Made by a program: the position numbers and the translations under genes. Of a stretch of DNA of 64,000 nucleotides, positions 43,001 to 58,000 are shown in pieces; the first letter of the stretch is position 1, and each line of letters opens with the position of its first letter. This DNA is from an uncultured Clostridia bacterium. Its GTDB lineage: Bacteria; Bacillota; Clostridia; Christensenellales; UBA1242. The notes below the pieces were generated by a model. The model saw only the letters and a program-made list of their open reading frames with translations, did no database searches and was not told where the DNA came from. The stretch lies in contig CANQWK010000002.1 of NCBI GenBank assembly GCA_947627545.1, positions 39,864 through 103,863 of the forward strand, given 5' to 3'.

Positions 43001-46000
43001 CAAACGGCAGCGTTTCAAAACAATTTTTTGCTAATGCTTATTATAGAGATGAAGATAGAAACAAATTGCAATTAGGCCTTTTAGACTATTCAATTGAAAA
43101 TGTTAATGACCCTAGTATAGCAAGCGAGGGCATTTCGCTAACATTTGAAAACGGAGTTGCTACCATTTCGGCAACAAACAACGGAAAAAATGGTGGGCTT
43201 TATAGAATTTCAATTTTTGCGCCAGATAGTTACGTTGATAACGGCACAGATACCCCTTATTATTCAGCAATTAATTATGTGTATTTGGAAATAAGTGATG
43301 GCGGAAAGGTAAGCCCTTATGTGCTTTCTAGCGAAGCGGATTTTGCAAAAATTAGAAACAACAATTCGTTAGACAAAACCACTTATTATGTGTTAGGTGC
43401 GGACTTCACCGTAAATTTAAATAACCTTTATAGTTCAATTCCGGAAAGCGAAAGATTTTATGAATTCTTTGGCAATTTATCTGGCAACTATGTGGTTTAT
43501 GACGCTAATAATGTAGAATATAATTTTAGATATACAATAACTGTAATTTTAAACAGCAAAGTGTATGATAATTTAAACAACAACTATATTGGCTTATTCC
43601 CTAAAATTAATAATGAGGCAGTTGTTGCAAATTTAAATTTAGATGTTGAATATCAACTTAACGATGTAACAACTTCGGTTGGAAATGTATATATTGGCGG
43701 TTTGGCAGGTGTTAATGACGGCACAATTACAAATGTAGATGTCAATTTAAAATATAACACCAACATTAATTTGTCTAACCTTGGCGAAGTAAATTTGGAT
43801 TTAATAAATTTTGGTGGCTTGGTAGGACAAAATTCTGTAAACGGCAAAATTGACATGCAAAACAGTGCAGTTAATTGCAGCAGATTAATAATTTACACTA
43901 AAGATAAAGCAAATTTAACTCATAACATTGGCTTAATTGCTGGCGAAAACAACAGCATAATTCAGGGCGAATATGCAGGAAAACCTAGTTTAAACAATGT
44001 GGCATATACAGTTGTTGCTAATTTAAGCATTGTGGCTTCGGGCAGAAATGCTAAAATTAACGCAGGTGCAGTAGCTGGAGCAAGCGGTGTAACAGACAGG
44101 GCTGGAAATGTAAGTTTAATTCAAAATGTTATTGTTGGCGGAAGAATTAGTTTAGATAATGCTGCAAACAACGAAACATATTTGGGCGGTATTATTGGCT
44201 ATTCTAATAATTCAACAGGCGTTAATAAGGGAATTTACACTTGCGCAGTTTTAGGTTTAGATTTAACAAATAATAGCGCGAACGGCTATGTTGCAGGCAT
44301 TGCAGCAGCCTTAGATAACTCAACTATAGACGATGTTAGAATTATGTCAACCTACGCAAAATTTAACGGCTTTAATTCAACAGGCAAAATAAGCGGTGCC
44401 AATGTGGTTGCTGGCGTGGTTGCAAAATTAAGTTCAAGCCGAATTACTAATGCTAGCGTGGAAAGTTTTATTGATGCTATTGATAACGAAACCTTCTATA
44501 TGCTTGAAAGTGCAACAAATAATGTTTATGGCTTAGCGTACGATGATAATACAAATTCAACAATATCTTCATGCTTTATAAACGCAAACATTAAAAATGT
44601 TAATAATGACAATGCAATTTATTTAACATCAAACAGCAATAGCGAAGAATATAGTTATTTCTTAGGCAAAATTAATGGAATTTTAGATAATTTAAATATT
44701 GTAAAAGCAAACGCAAATTGCAGTTACTCGGTTGTGCTTGATGGCGACAATATGTTCTATTTTAACCATATAAGTTCAAACCTAGAAAAATGCAACGAAG
44801 AAAATTTACAAGATTGGCTAACCTTTGTTAAATCGGCAGAATTTAGCAATTTAACATGGGAAGAAAACAACGCAACTAATTTTAAACTAGACGAAAATAA
44901 AAACATAATTAAAATTGGCGATGTCAATTATTATTTCCCATACCTTGTAAACAATTTTGGCGAACCTCAAATGATTGAACGCCCATCATCAATTAAAGCA
45001 GCATTTAACAGTGAATATGCATTGTACACCAATTCACACATAGTTCAATCTGGCAACCTTGTGCTTGATATGGAGCAAATTAAAAACAACCTTGCTGATA
45101 TAATTTTTGTAAACTATTTTGAGTTTGAAGATAAATCTAAAAACAGCGAAAGTTACAACACACATAACTTAGTAAACACAAATAAAGAAAATCCTAACGG
45201 ACTAATTGATTTGGAAGTGTTGCCAAACGGCACTCAGGGCGGAGTAAGTTTTGAAATTTTAAACATTTTAGGCTTTAACAATGCACGCATAATCAATTCA
45301 GCGGAAGGCCATAAAATAGTGTTCAGTGCGGCAAGCGGAAATTTGCCTATAATTGTAAGGGCTTATTCAATTTTCAACCCAGAAGCACAATGCTTTGTTG
45401 CAATGTTTAGCCAAAACGGAATTAGCAAATTAAATATAAGTTCCACTTCAACAAGAGTTAATGAAGTAGTTAATCAAGAAGTTGATTATGAACTTACAAC
45501 TTACACAAATTCTGCTCCGTTAATTTTGAACTTTGAAGCAGAAAACATGTTTAAAGGTCAAAAATTTAAAACAATATTTGATAATTTAGAAGATTATTCT
45601 AATTATATTTCAATAGATTGGAGCAAACAAGATATTGGTTATGAAGGCGAAATTTTAACTTTAAATGAAACCACATCTAAAACTTCAATTCAATTGGAAG
45701 TAGGAAACGATTTTGACGGCTATTATTTTGAAGAAATTATTACATTTAGTTTAAAAATAGACTTGCAACAATATATTTTAGGCAATGGCTACGAATTTAA
45801 TTTGCTAGAAGGCGTTGAAGATGCAAAATATGAACTAGCCCAAGTTAAATTGCGTGTTATGGTGTTTAAATCAACTGAAAAAATTGAGCCGAACATCGAG
45901 GCCAAAACGCTAGATAGCGAAACACCAATTGCACTAAATGTAACATTAAAAACAAGTTATGTAGAAGCCGACGAAGATAATACTTTAAAAAATGGCGGCA

Positions 46001-49000
46001 GCAAAGCATTAAGCTTGTTAAACATTTTAGTTGATGGTCAATCAATTAACTTAAATGAACAAAATAAAGATAGTTTAATTTTAACCTTTAACAAAAATAA
46101 ACAAAACAGCCAAGCACTTCAAAACTTGCTACAAGCGTCAGGCTGCGATTATGTAACTGATTTGTTTAATTTAACAAATGTAACATATAAATTCTATTAT
46201 GAAAACGAAACAATAAATGGCGAAAGTGTAAGCACACTTAAAGGCTATGTTTATACAATTGAAATTGAATTAAAACAAGGTTACGAGTTTAGGCATTTAA
46301 TTGAAAATGTAGGTTTAACTTTAACAATAAATTCAACAACCAACCCTAACCCAAGTTTAGATAAACTTGCCGACTTACAACCAGAAATAGAATTAACCCT
46401 AACTCCAACCGACTTTAAATCGGCAAGAATTTACAATTATGCAGCAACCGATATGCAAGCCGCAGGCACAACAAATATTGTTACATCTAACTCGCTAGAT
46501 AGCAACTATATTTCGCCAGCACCTAACAGTTACGGCTCAATTTTAGCAATTCATTTGCAACCTAACTACTCAATTATTAGAAACGCAACTCTATCTTCTA
46601 ACAGCATTAAAGTACCATCGTTATCTAACCCTGTTTATTTAATTTTAACTCAGGTTGTGCCGGTTGAAAATGGATTATTCCAATCAATTATTTCAAAGGG
46701 CGGCTCAACTTTAACCCTTAACACCAGCCCTGAGTATGTAGATAACGGCATAATTTATGTTCATGCCGAAGTTAGCGAAAGTTTTAGTGGCTATTCTGCA
46801 CCTTTAACATTAACTTTAACTGCCGAGGTCGGCAGTGTAGAGCAAGGCACTAACCGCACAATTACAATTGAAAAACAATTGCTAACCACTTATTTGCCAG
46901 GCGTTTATTTAAGCTACAATCAAGACGCAAAAGTGCCAAGCGAAAACGCATATTTTATTGAAGAGGACAGTTATTACAACACAGTTGGCGTAACCCTTTA
47001 TGGCTACGAATTGCAATCTTCACCTAATGTTTATTTTGTGTGGAATTTAAGCAGTTTTGACAATATTCCAGAAGAAAAAAGGCCATTTAATTATTTAACT
47101 GAAGGCAATTATGTAGATTATTCTACAATTGTAGATAAAAACGGAAAGCAATATAAAATTGGCGATTATGTGGACCACTCCGATTTAAATAACTTCACTA
47201 ATTTGCATGCTAATAGAGATGGCTCGTTCTCGTTTAACTTTAATGTACAAATGATAGATAATGAAGACCCAATTCCGGCAAGCTTTAAATTAATTGCAGA
47301 ATTTAAGTTTAACGAAAATGGCGATGGCGATAGCAAGGAATTAGTTTTCTACCCAGTTAACTATGTGTTTGCTAGCCAAAATGCAGCATATTTGTCTAAC
47401 ATGAGCAATGGAAATGTATATGCAAATGTTAGTGCATTAACTCCGCTAGAATTTGTGTTTAAAACAACAAATGCAGATAAAGATAAATCAATCGATATTT
47501 ATTTAGACATTTTAAAAAGTTTTGGCTATGATGGTTTAGATGAAAATAAAACAGCAGTTGCAATTAGCAAATTAAAACATGCCTTTTCATTTACCGGCAC
47601 AATGGCAGGCTATTTTGACGATGAAAACATAACTGCCTTTAAAGTTTTATCTCAATTGGAAATTAATAAAAACGAAAAAAATGAAAAAGATAGCATTTTA
47701 ATTGTTTTGCAGGGTGTTGCAGAAAATCAATTTAGCGTTACATTTAGGCTAAATTATGCGTATATTAAAGAAAACGGCATGTACAAAATAGCCTACGGCA
47801 CAGAAAATAACTTTACCGGCACAAATAGTTTGGAATTTAGGTTTAACCTTGTTATAAGAGTTCAAACCAATTTAGACGCACCAATTCCGCTATTTCACGA
47901 TAATTTTGTATCAAAAATTAATGAATTTGCAGGGTCGGACTTCATTTTAATGGAAGATGTTGAACTTGAAGATTTCACACCAATTTCAACCAACATTGCA
48001 AGTTTAGACGGAAACAACAAAGTTATTAAAATAAAATCTTTTGCCGTGTCGCCAGACCGAACAGAATATGGCTTGTTTGCAAACATTGGCACGTTTGAAA
48101 GTGGCACCGAAACAAAAACCACTATATTAAAAAATATTATTGTAGATTACAGCGAATGTGTAGATTTACGTTTGCTAAGAAACACTGCAACCGAGTTTGT
48201 ATTTGGCGGCTTAGTTGCAACAAATAACGGCGGCTTAATTTACAATTGCGATGTTATGAACATTAATGCAAATAATCGCACAAAAGACTTAAATATTTAT
48301 GTAAGCAGTGCAGAAAATGCAAACGCCGATAACTCAATTTTAACTTTAACATTTGGCGGCTTAGTTGGTGTTAATAGCGGAAATATAACTAATTCACGCG
48401 TTGGCAGATTATCTTACACAAAAATTAATTGTACAATTGAAGGAAGTACAATTACCGAGTCGTCAGATACTGATAATGCAAACCCTATAAACTTTATTTT
48501 AGGCAAAAATTTAGCATCTAGCGAAGCCCAATCCTTTAAAGGAATTGCAGGTGGTTTTGTAGGCGTAAATAGTGGAATAATTGCAAGCAGTTATTTTGCA
48601 AATGCTGGGCTAGTAAATTATTCAGCAGTTGCCGACCACTCTAACAAAACAGCCGGCTTTGTTGCCGAAAACTCAGGCGAAATAAGGTTCAGTTATGTAA
48701 AAGCGTTGGAAAATTCTATTAATTCAGGTGATGCAACAAGTGCAAAAATCCGTTGCACAGGCGCAGCAATTGAGGGCAAAGGAAACTCTAACATAGCAGG
48801 TTTTGTTTACACAAATTCAAGCATAATTGAAAACTGCTTTGCTAACACCGAACTAAAAACAACATCATCATATTCTGCTGGCTTTGTTTATGAAAATTTA
48901 AACGGAGCAGAAATTAATATGTGCTACGCAGCATGCAGCACAAGTCAAAACAACATAGTGGAAAATGCTTTAAATGAACAACCTTTTGTTGGCGTTAATG

Positions 49001-52000
49001 CGGAAAACACCTTGCTTTCTAACGGCAAACTTTCTAACTGCTATTATTTAGAAGAAACCGGCTCAATTTACACTTTGCCAAACAATTTAGAAAATTTACC
49101 TCAAGCGGTTGCTTTAAATGCAGAAAACTTCTCTAACCAAAACAATTTAAACAATTTTGTGTTCATAAAAAGCGATTACAACGAAAGCATAAGAAATCAG
49201 GGTGTGTGGACATATTATCCAGTTGGCAGCAGCCAAAAACATATTTTGCCAGAACTTACTTCGGCAAATATTGTTGCTCATTCTTACCGCATGTTAATGG
49301 GTGAGGAAAATAATGTTTATCAATATACCTATTCAACAAATTACAGCCTAGGCGGAGTGAACAACCCATACACAATTTCTAACGCAAATGAATTTAACCT
49401 TGTTTTTGCAGGCGAAATTAGTAACAACTCGCATAAAAAAGAAAATAGCATTGGCTATTTTAGAATGATTAACAACATCAATTTTGAAAATGTTGCAATT
49501 TTAACACGTTCAAACTTCATGCTTGGAGATGACAATAATTTAACAAGTTTCGAAGGCAATGGAATGACAATTTCAAACATCTATTTGGACGTGCTAAACC
49601 TTGTTAAAGACGAAGGCGGCAACGCGTTAGAAAAGGTCGGCTTGTTTGCCGAAATGAACAACACTTATTTCAAAAATGTAAATTTGGAATATATTTCACT
49701 AACAGATAGCGAACAAAACCCAACCGTGCCAATTAAATATTCGGGCGGTTTGGCAGGCGTTATTAAAAATTCTGCAATAATAAATGTAAAATTAGTTGGC
49801 AACAACACAACCATAGCAGGCAGCAATTTTGTTGGAGGTGTTGCAGGTTTAGTTTCTGGCACAAGCTTTATATATAATGTTTCTTCTAACCTTGGAGCAG
49901 TAAGCGATAGTTACCCAGATAACAGCCTTTATTACAACGAAGCCGACTACACTAAAATGCAAAATAATAACCTAATTAACAGGCAAATTAGTTATAACGA
50001 TTATACAAACAAACTATCTTATGCGGGCGGCATTGCCGGAGTGTTAGACTTGCAAACCAGAGAAAATTTAGAATATAACATTTCAAATGTAGATGTATAT
50101 GGCAACAACATGACAAACCGCACAAGCGGAAACATTGTAGGCAACTTTGCGGGCGGAATTGCAGGCTTTGCAAGTGCCGACACAGTGGCTTTAAAACTAA
50201 GGTTTTATGTTGGCACTTCTACTTCTATTGTGGGCTTGCACGCAGCGGGTGGCTTGTATGGCGTAGGCGTTGGGCGAGGCAAACAAAATGTTTCGCTAAC
50301 CGCTAGCCAAGTTACCGAAGAAGAAAATATAAGATATAGTTACGATACAAATTATGGCAATTACATAATAAATTTGGAAAAGAATGGCAGCGCAAGTTTA
50401 TCTAACACCGGCAACCAAACTTTATTAACCACAGAAGGTTTTGCTGGCGGTTTGGTGGGCATAAGCATAGCGCAAACCTTTGAAAGTTGCTATGCAAAAT
50501 CTAGCGTAAACACGGCAAGAGATTTTGGCGGAACAATAGGTTTAAGCGTTGGCTCAACTTTAAGCCATGTTTACGCCGTGCCTTATGTAAATTTAACAAA
50601 CAACTTAATTACAAATGTAGGCGGATTAATTGGCGTAGGCTACGGAATAAACAACAGCGCAACCTCTTATTCAACTTATACAAATTATGCTAAATATCTT
50701 TTAAACATTAACGATAAAAACACCGATGTAATTTACACTTTCTCTACATTATTAATAGATAATAATCAACTTTCTCAAATTTTGGCAGGCGAAATTGTAG
50801 AAAATGGGCAAACTGTTAAAATTATGGAAAATGGCAAGTTTGTTAAAAACATCAACTATTTAGCAGGGCAATATTTATTTAATAACAATAAGGATTGTTT
50901 TGTAAACAGCAACAACTCCCTAATAACAAACGGAAATTTAAGCGTTTATGTTGGCAAAGTGAACAATTACGCAAAAATTGAAGATACAAATGTAATAAAT
51001 CACACAGTTGGCGAAGCAATTAATTTAAGCGAATTGTTCAATTTAGAAGATGTTGACCAACCAGTGTTGTTTAAAAACATGTTTGGCGAATGGCCTACAA
51101 GATATTGGTTGCTAGATAATGAAAAATATTTCCCATTATTAATTAAAGAAGACGTTTTAAATTATATAATTATAGATGAATATACCGATTTCGACATTTT
51201 AGTTTCTAACCCAGATAAAAACTTTAAAATTGTTAAAGACATTAATATGGCTGAATGGAGCGGCCACGGAAACTGGATTTTCGACATTAATTTTACCGGA
51301 ACATTAATTGGCGAACCAAGCCAGGGCAACACCGCAATTCCTACCGTTTACAATTTGCACGTAGAAACCACGTTAAATGATAGAACTGCGGGCTTGTTTA
51401 TGCAAACCACCGGCGCAACAATTAAGGATATTAATTGGGTGTGGACATCGTGGTCAACCGGCAGCGATAATGGAGCAATAGACGATACAAACACGCCAAG
51501 TTTAACCACAATTGGCGGCGTTTCGTGTGAAGATTATTCTTCTAAATTTAACAACTTAAATGTTTATGTTGGAAGTTATACCGAACGCTCTTCTACACCA
51601 CAAAGCAGTTTAAACCCATATTTAATTAACAATTTAGACGAACATAAAATTACAGGTTTTGGCGGAATTGTTGGCATAGGCGAAAATTCTTCAATAGAAA
51701 ACTGCTCGTTTAACGGCAAAATTAAGGCTAACCTTAACAATGCGGGCGAAAATGTTTATTTTGGCGGCATTGCCGGCAGGGCAACCAAAAACAGCGCGGC
51801 AGTTGATAATTTTGGCGCGGGCTATCAAAAACGCTCAATTATTATGAACTCTTCGGTTGGCAATCACCCTAACTTTAACACTCAATTCGACATAACCTTA
51901 GGCAAAAATTCTAAATCGTTTGTTGGCGGCGCTATAGGTTATGTTTATAACTCGGCAATTAACAATGTTAATGTGGGCGAAATTAACAACTTTAAATTAA

Positions 52001-55000
52001 ATGTTAATTTATATAACTTTAATTCAATTATGGTTGCAGGTTTAATTGGCTATGAACAAAATAGTTCTATAACCGACTCAAACGCAATTGGCGAAATTAA
52101 TTTTTTAGAAACAATTAATAATGAAGAAGAAACTAACGGCAGTTTGTATGCGGCTGGTTTAGTTTCGCAGGCAGAACAATCGGTAAATTCAACCGATAGC
52201 GGATTTATAAATTCTTCTGCTAATGTAAACATTAACTTAACCAAACTTAACATTACAAATGTTTATGTTTCTGGCGGAATAGCATCGGCATCATCGGCTT
52301 CCACTTTGGAAATCCGTCAATGCGTGTTCGCAGGCAAAATTTATAGCGAGCAAGAAAATGCAAATTCAAGCGAAGGCGAAGAAAATTCAACCGCTTGGCT
52401 AAAAAATGTTTATGCTGCTGGCGTGGTTGCGGTTCAAAGCGGAATTTCAGTTTCAGGCAATTTATCGTTAAAAGAAACTGTTTCGGCAACCGACATAACT
52501 ATTGGCACGGCTTTATCTCAAGATACTGCAAACACTGGAACAACCACAATTTACATGGGCGGCTTTGTTGGTAAAGCAAATGGAAATGTTACTCTTCAAA
52601 ACAGCATAACAATTGGCAAATGCGTGCCTATAACTTCTAGGCTAAATGAAAATGACGGCGGTGGCGAAACCGAAGCATACAATATTTATATTGGCGGTTT
52701 TGTGGGCTATGCAGATAAAGTAAATTTTGCAAACTCAATTTCCACAACTAGCATTATTGCAGATAGCATTAATTCGTTGTCAATTAGAGATTTGCATATT
52801 CACGCACTTTTAGGCGACATTGCATCTAAAGATAGCAACGCTATCATTTGCAACAATGTGTTCTATTCAAGCGACATTGCTTTGTTCCCAGAAGATTTAT
52901 GCTTAACTGCAAGCAATCGTTCTGCCGTGTCGTTAACAAAAAATTCAGCATGGCAAAGTGAACTTATAACTAGCGGATATTGGACTAACACAACCACAAA
53001 TGCAATGCTAGGCTTACCAACATTATCTAATGGCAATATTATTGATAAATTAAGAAGTTACAACGTTTTAATTGGTCAGGGCAACAGCGGAGTGCAATAT
53101 AGTTTAGGCAGTGCGGCTAACCCTGAAATGAAAGATTGGTCAGACATAAAAACTAACGGCTCGGCTCTTGCTAACAAATTTTACATTTTGCAAGATGCAG
53201 GGCAAAGCGATGAACAAAATATAATTGACCTATCTGGCGTTGAATTAAACGGCGTGCTTATTGCAGTAGATAGCGTGTTCACTATAACCGAAAGCAACGC
53301 ATCTCAACAAAACGGCTATGCAGGAATATTTAGCCAAATTATGCCACACTCAGCAATTTCTAATTTGCATGTTAATGTTGTAGGCAATTTGCAAATTAAT
53401 GCAGATAAAGCAGCAGGTATAATTGCAGGTTACAATAGCGGCGTTATGTTCAACTGCTCAGTTCAAGGCAGCGGAATAAATGTTGGCGGCAGTAATTTAG
53501 GCTTAATTGCAGGCAGAAATGCAGGCTTGGTTTCTTACTGCTTCTCTTCGGCAGAAATTGTTTCAACTTCAACTAATGTTTCTGGCATTGTTTATTCAAA
53601 TGTAGATAAAATTTTATCTTGCTACTTTACAGGTTATATAGACAATTCTATCAATGCAGTGGGCATTGTTATGGAAAACAGCACAGGCTCAACAGATGTT
53701 TACGAACAGGGCAAAACACCTTATGTTTACAATTGCTATATGGCAGGCGTAATTGTAAATGTACAAAATAATAATGCGTTTGTGGGAGATACTAACGGCT
53801 TAATTTTAGACAACAAAGCAATAGGCAGCCGAAACTATGTAGATATAAATGTAAACGGAACAGAAATTGAACAAAAAGTTAAGGCAAGCAACAATGCAGG
53901 CAAAGATGTAATATGTTTAAGCACAATAGACACGCACATTTTAATGGCTAACACCGATAAATCAACTAATATTTTAGAAGGCAATTGGCTAACTGCAGCA
54001 GAAACAAGGCTATGGAATTCAACCGAACAATATTACATTAACATTCAGGCTACAAGTTATGGTTATAACTATTTGTATCCGGTTTATAACTTTAACAAAA
54101 TAACCGCTAATGGCAATAACACCGACTATATTAAATTGTTCCAATTATACACCGGCACAGGCGGAGATGGTTACGTGCTAGATTTAAACTTTAAAAGCAA
54201 CCACGATGTTGCACTAGCGGAAAACCAAAAATCGAATAAAGATTGCATTATAGAAGGTCCTGAAAGTGGTAGCGACTATTATTTGCACGCTTTAAAAATT
54301 CCGCACTTAGGCGTTTTAAAAGCCGTTCAAGGCATTGCAACCACTTTTGTTACAATAAGCAACAGTCCTGAATTATTCTTCCCAGATTTAAACTATGTGT
54401 TAATTTACGACATTAACGGAAAATTTAATTCAACCGATACCAACGCGGAAGATTACGAATGGACAGCGGTAGGCTCACAAAACAGCAACGGATTTATGGC
54501 AAACTTTGGCAAAAGCATTCAATTTAATGGCTTGTTTGTTTCTAATAAATACTATAATTATGGAAAAATAGAAGCAAATTCAAAAGATAATTTATGCACA
54601 ATTCAAAATTTGGCTAATCAGGGCTTGTTTGACAATATCAATAGAGCATACTTTGGCTATTTCATTCTTGGCAACTTTACAAACTTAAAAAATAGCGGTG
54701 CGTTAGGCGTGGCAGTTCATAGCCAAATAGAAGAACAAACCGTTATGGAAACTGTGGTGGAAAATGTATATTTCCAAGAGGCAGCAATTTACACCGCAGC
54801 CGACACTAGCGATAATTATATTTCGGCAATGTTCGGCGAAGTTGGCGGCACAGATAACGACGGCTCAACCGCTAACATAAAAATAAAATCTTGCGGCTTT
54901 ATAAAGAGCGATAATGCAAACCCTAATTATGTAACCCTAGCAAACGGCAATTATATGGGCCTAATTGTAGGCAAATTTACAAACGGCTATCTAGAGTTTA

Positions 55001-58000
55001 AAGAAGGAAATATCTTTGCCGTAAACTTTGCAGCAAAAGCAAATAAAAACAGTTATGCCGGCGGCGTGGTTGGTTTAATGGAAAATGGAACTATTGCCGG
55101 TGCGTACACAACAACGAATAACTCGCAAACTAAAGATGATAGTAACTCAAAAACTACAAACACAATAATAACAATTGCTAATTTAACAACAGGCAACCAG
55201 TTATATTTGGATTATTCAGGCGGAGTAAAACAAGGCGGAATTGTGGGCATTGCTGCTAAAAATTCTAATTTAGCGGCGAACAATACAAGTGAAATTTCTG
55301 GCATAGAAATTTTATTGCCTAATGAATATTTTGCCTTAGGTTTTGGCGGACTTATTTATGAAAATAATAACTCACACATTAAATTTGCAAATGTAAACAT
55401 CGGTTTAACCGACTCTACGCAACATTTAACCTTAACTTTAACCGGAAGCAATAATTTCTTTGGTTTTGTTGCTGCCGAAATGAATGCGGAAGATAAACAA
55501 TCTACAACCTTAGGCGTAGAAGTTGAAAATTTCAAATTTAATGGTTCAACCAACAGCGGAGATGCATCCAACGCAAGTAGCATCACGGTTGAAGTTAAAT
55601 TGCAAAACCGCGGAAAATTCACTTCTGACAAAATTGAAATAGATACTCAAGGCTTTGGCGGTTTGGTTGGTGCTTTGCGTGGCGGATTTATTAAATTTAG
55701 TACAGGCGATGCAGGGTTTAAGCCTAATTTAAAAGTTAGAAGTGCAAATGTAGGCGGAATTGTAGGTTGTTATTCAGGCGGATTGATAGGAATTGAAAAT
55801 TCCAATAACAATTACTATGTTACCTTATCTGGCTATTACAATGTTGGCGGTGCAATAGGTTATTTTGCCGCTGGCAGTTTAAATAATCTTTTGTTAGGCG
55901 ACAAAAATTCTAGGTGGAATTTCTTAAATAACAGCTCGGCATTTGCAGAAATTAATTCATTTGATAAAGCAGATTTATCTGCCGATAACTATTTTGCAAA
56001 TTGGGGCGGATTGATTGGCTATTTCAATAGTTTTGAAAATTTATCTATCGCTCCAGATGTATCAGATGGAGAAAAATCAGATGGAATTGTAAATAACAAC
56101 AATATATATATTGGCACAATGGAACACGATACCTCCAGCAACAAAACAGTAAGCGCTAACCCTGTGCTAGAAAATGTGGGCGGAGTTATTGGTAAAGTTT
56201 CTGCTGACGAACAAATTAACATTTCTTATTTAACTAACAACGGCGAAATAAACGAAGTTAAACAGCAAGGCAATAATGACATTGGCAATGTTTATCATAA
56301 ATTTGAGCAAGACGAAGAAATTTATTTGGTAAAATTTTCAGCAAAATCAAAAACCCAAAACGATAATTATATATTTGCCCTTTTAGCAACTAACGTAGGC
56401 GGCGTTGTGGGCAAACTAGAAAACGCAACAATAAGCAACTTGTCGGCAAAAGGCTCAACCGTATTTGGCTATAAAAATGTGGGTGGCCTAATTGGTTATG
56501 CTTATAATGTTTACACTAGCGAAAACATCTCAGTTGGCGCGAACGCAGTTGTGGTTGGCGTTATAAATGTTGGCGGCGCAATTGGAGAAGTTAGTTACGA
56601 TAAAAATGTCGAAATTAAATCAGGTAACGGAATTTGCAATGTTAATGTGGAAAAAGGCGCAAAAATTTACGGCAATTACAATGTAGGCGGCTTAGTTGGT
56701 TTCTTGGTTAATGGCACGATTGAAAACTGCACAGTTGGTGCAGAAGTTAAAACAAACGGCAACCAATCAGGCCAAGAAGTGCAAGCCGACACGCAAGAAC
56801 CTTCACAAGATGCAAATCAAAACGTTACAATTAAAGGCATTTATTTTGCAATTATAAATTTTGCAACCTCGGAATATTCTGGCTTTACCGAAGCTGACGG
56901 TACAAACATCAACAAGGAAGCATGTTTCTTCCCAACAAATGTTGGCGGCTTAATAGGCAGCACTCAGGCAGGCCAAAATGTCGAAACCAAGTTATTTATA
57001 ATTGCAAATAACAAATTAAACAACATAATTATCAGTTCAAGCCTAGAAGGTCAAGTTGCAATAGCAGAATCTAGCGAACAAACTTCAACAAGCGTGCCTG
57101 TTTATAACGAATCTACTGTAATTTCAACCATTAGCAACGCAGTGCTAAATGAAAATGTTACAAATAATTTATCAACCCTTGTTCAAAACAGAACGGACAA
57201 AGGCAAATTTAAATCAACAATAGTCAGCACATATTTGCAAGACTTCGAAACTGCAAAAACCGGCTTTGGCGGATTTATTGGCTCAACCGAAGCATCTGCC
57301 ATGTTAACAACCGCAAACCAAAACGTAATGTCTAATGTTAAAATTGACGCTTCACTAGGCATAAACGTTGGCTCATTCTACGGCTACTATAACGCTAACA
57401 AGTCCTATGATGTTAACAACTCTCTACGCACAATTATCACTCCAAAACTAAACGGTGACGTAAGTGTAACCGGTGCATATTTTGTGGGCGGAATTGCAGG
57501 CAGCATTAAAGCGGAAGATGAAACAATCAGCTTTAATAGCAACACTAAAGCAGGCGACATTTCAACCGACAATTCAACGCCTCCAACAATCTACATTCAA
57601 ACAGGCGAGTACAACATAGGCATGTATGTTGGCGGTTTGTTTGGCAACCTAAACGGCAAGGCTAACGGCTTAAAAATAGACAACAGCAACGGCAACTCTA
57701 TTCAATTTAGAATTAACAACATCAACTCGTTTTACACCGGCGGACTAATTGGCCGCTTGGAAGGCGTTTTAGGTGACAAAGACACATCAATAGATACCAA
57801 CATAGTAAACGCAATTTATAAGCAGAAAGTAGGCGACAATTCAGTTGAAACAAACAAGGGCGGTGCATTTGCTTTAATAGATTACACCGAAAGCAAAACA
57901 GATAGCGATGCAAACGGCAATGCAACAAAAGAGCCAATAGATATAAAATCATCACAAGCAACCGAAAACTTTGGCGGCTTGGTTGGCATGCTTAAAAAGC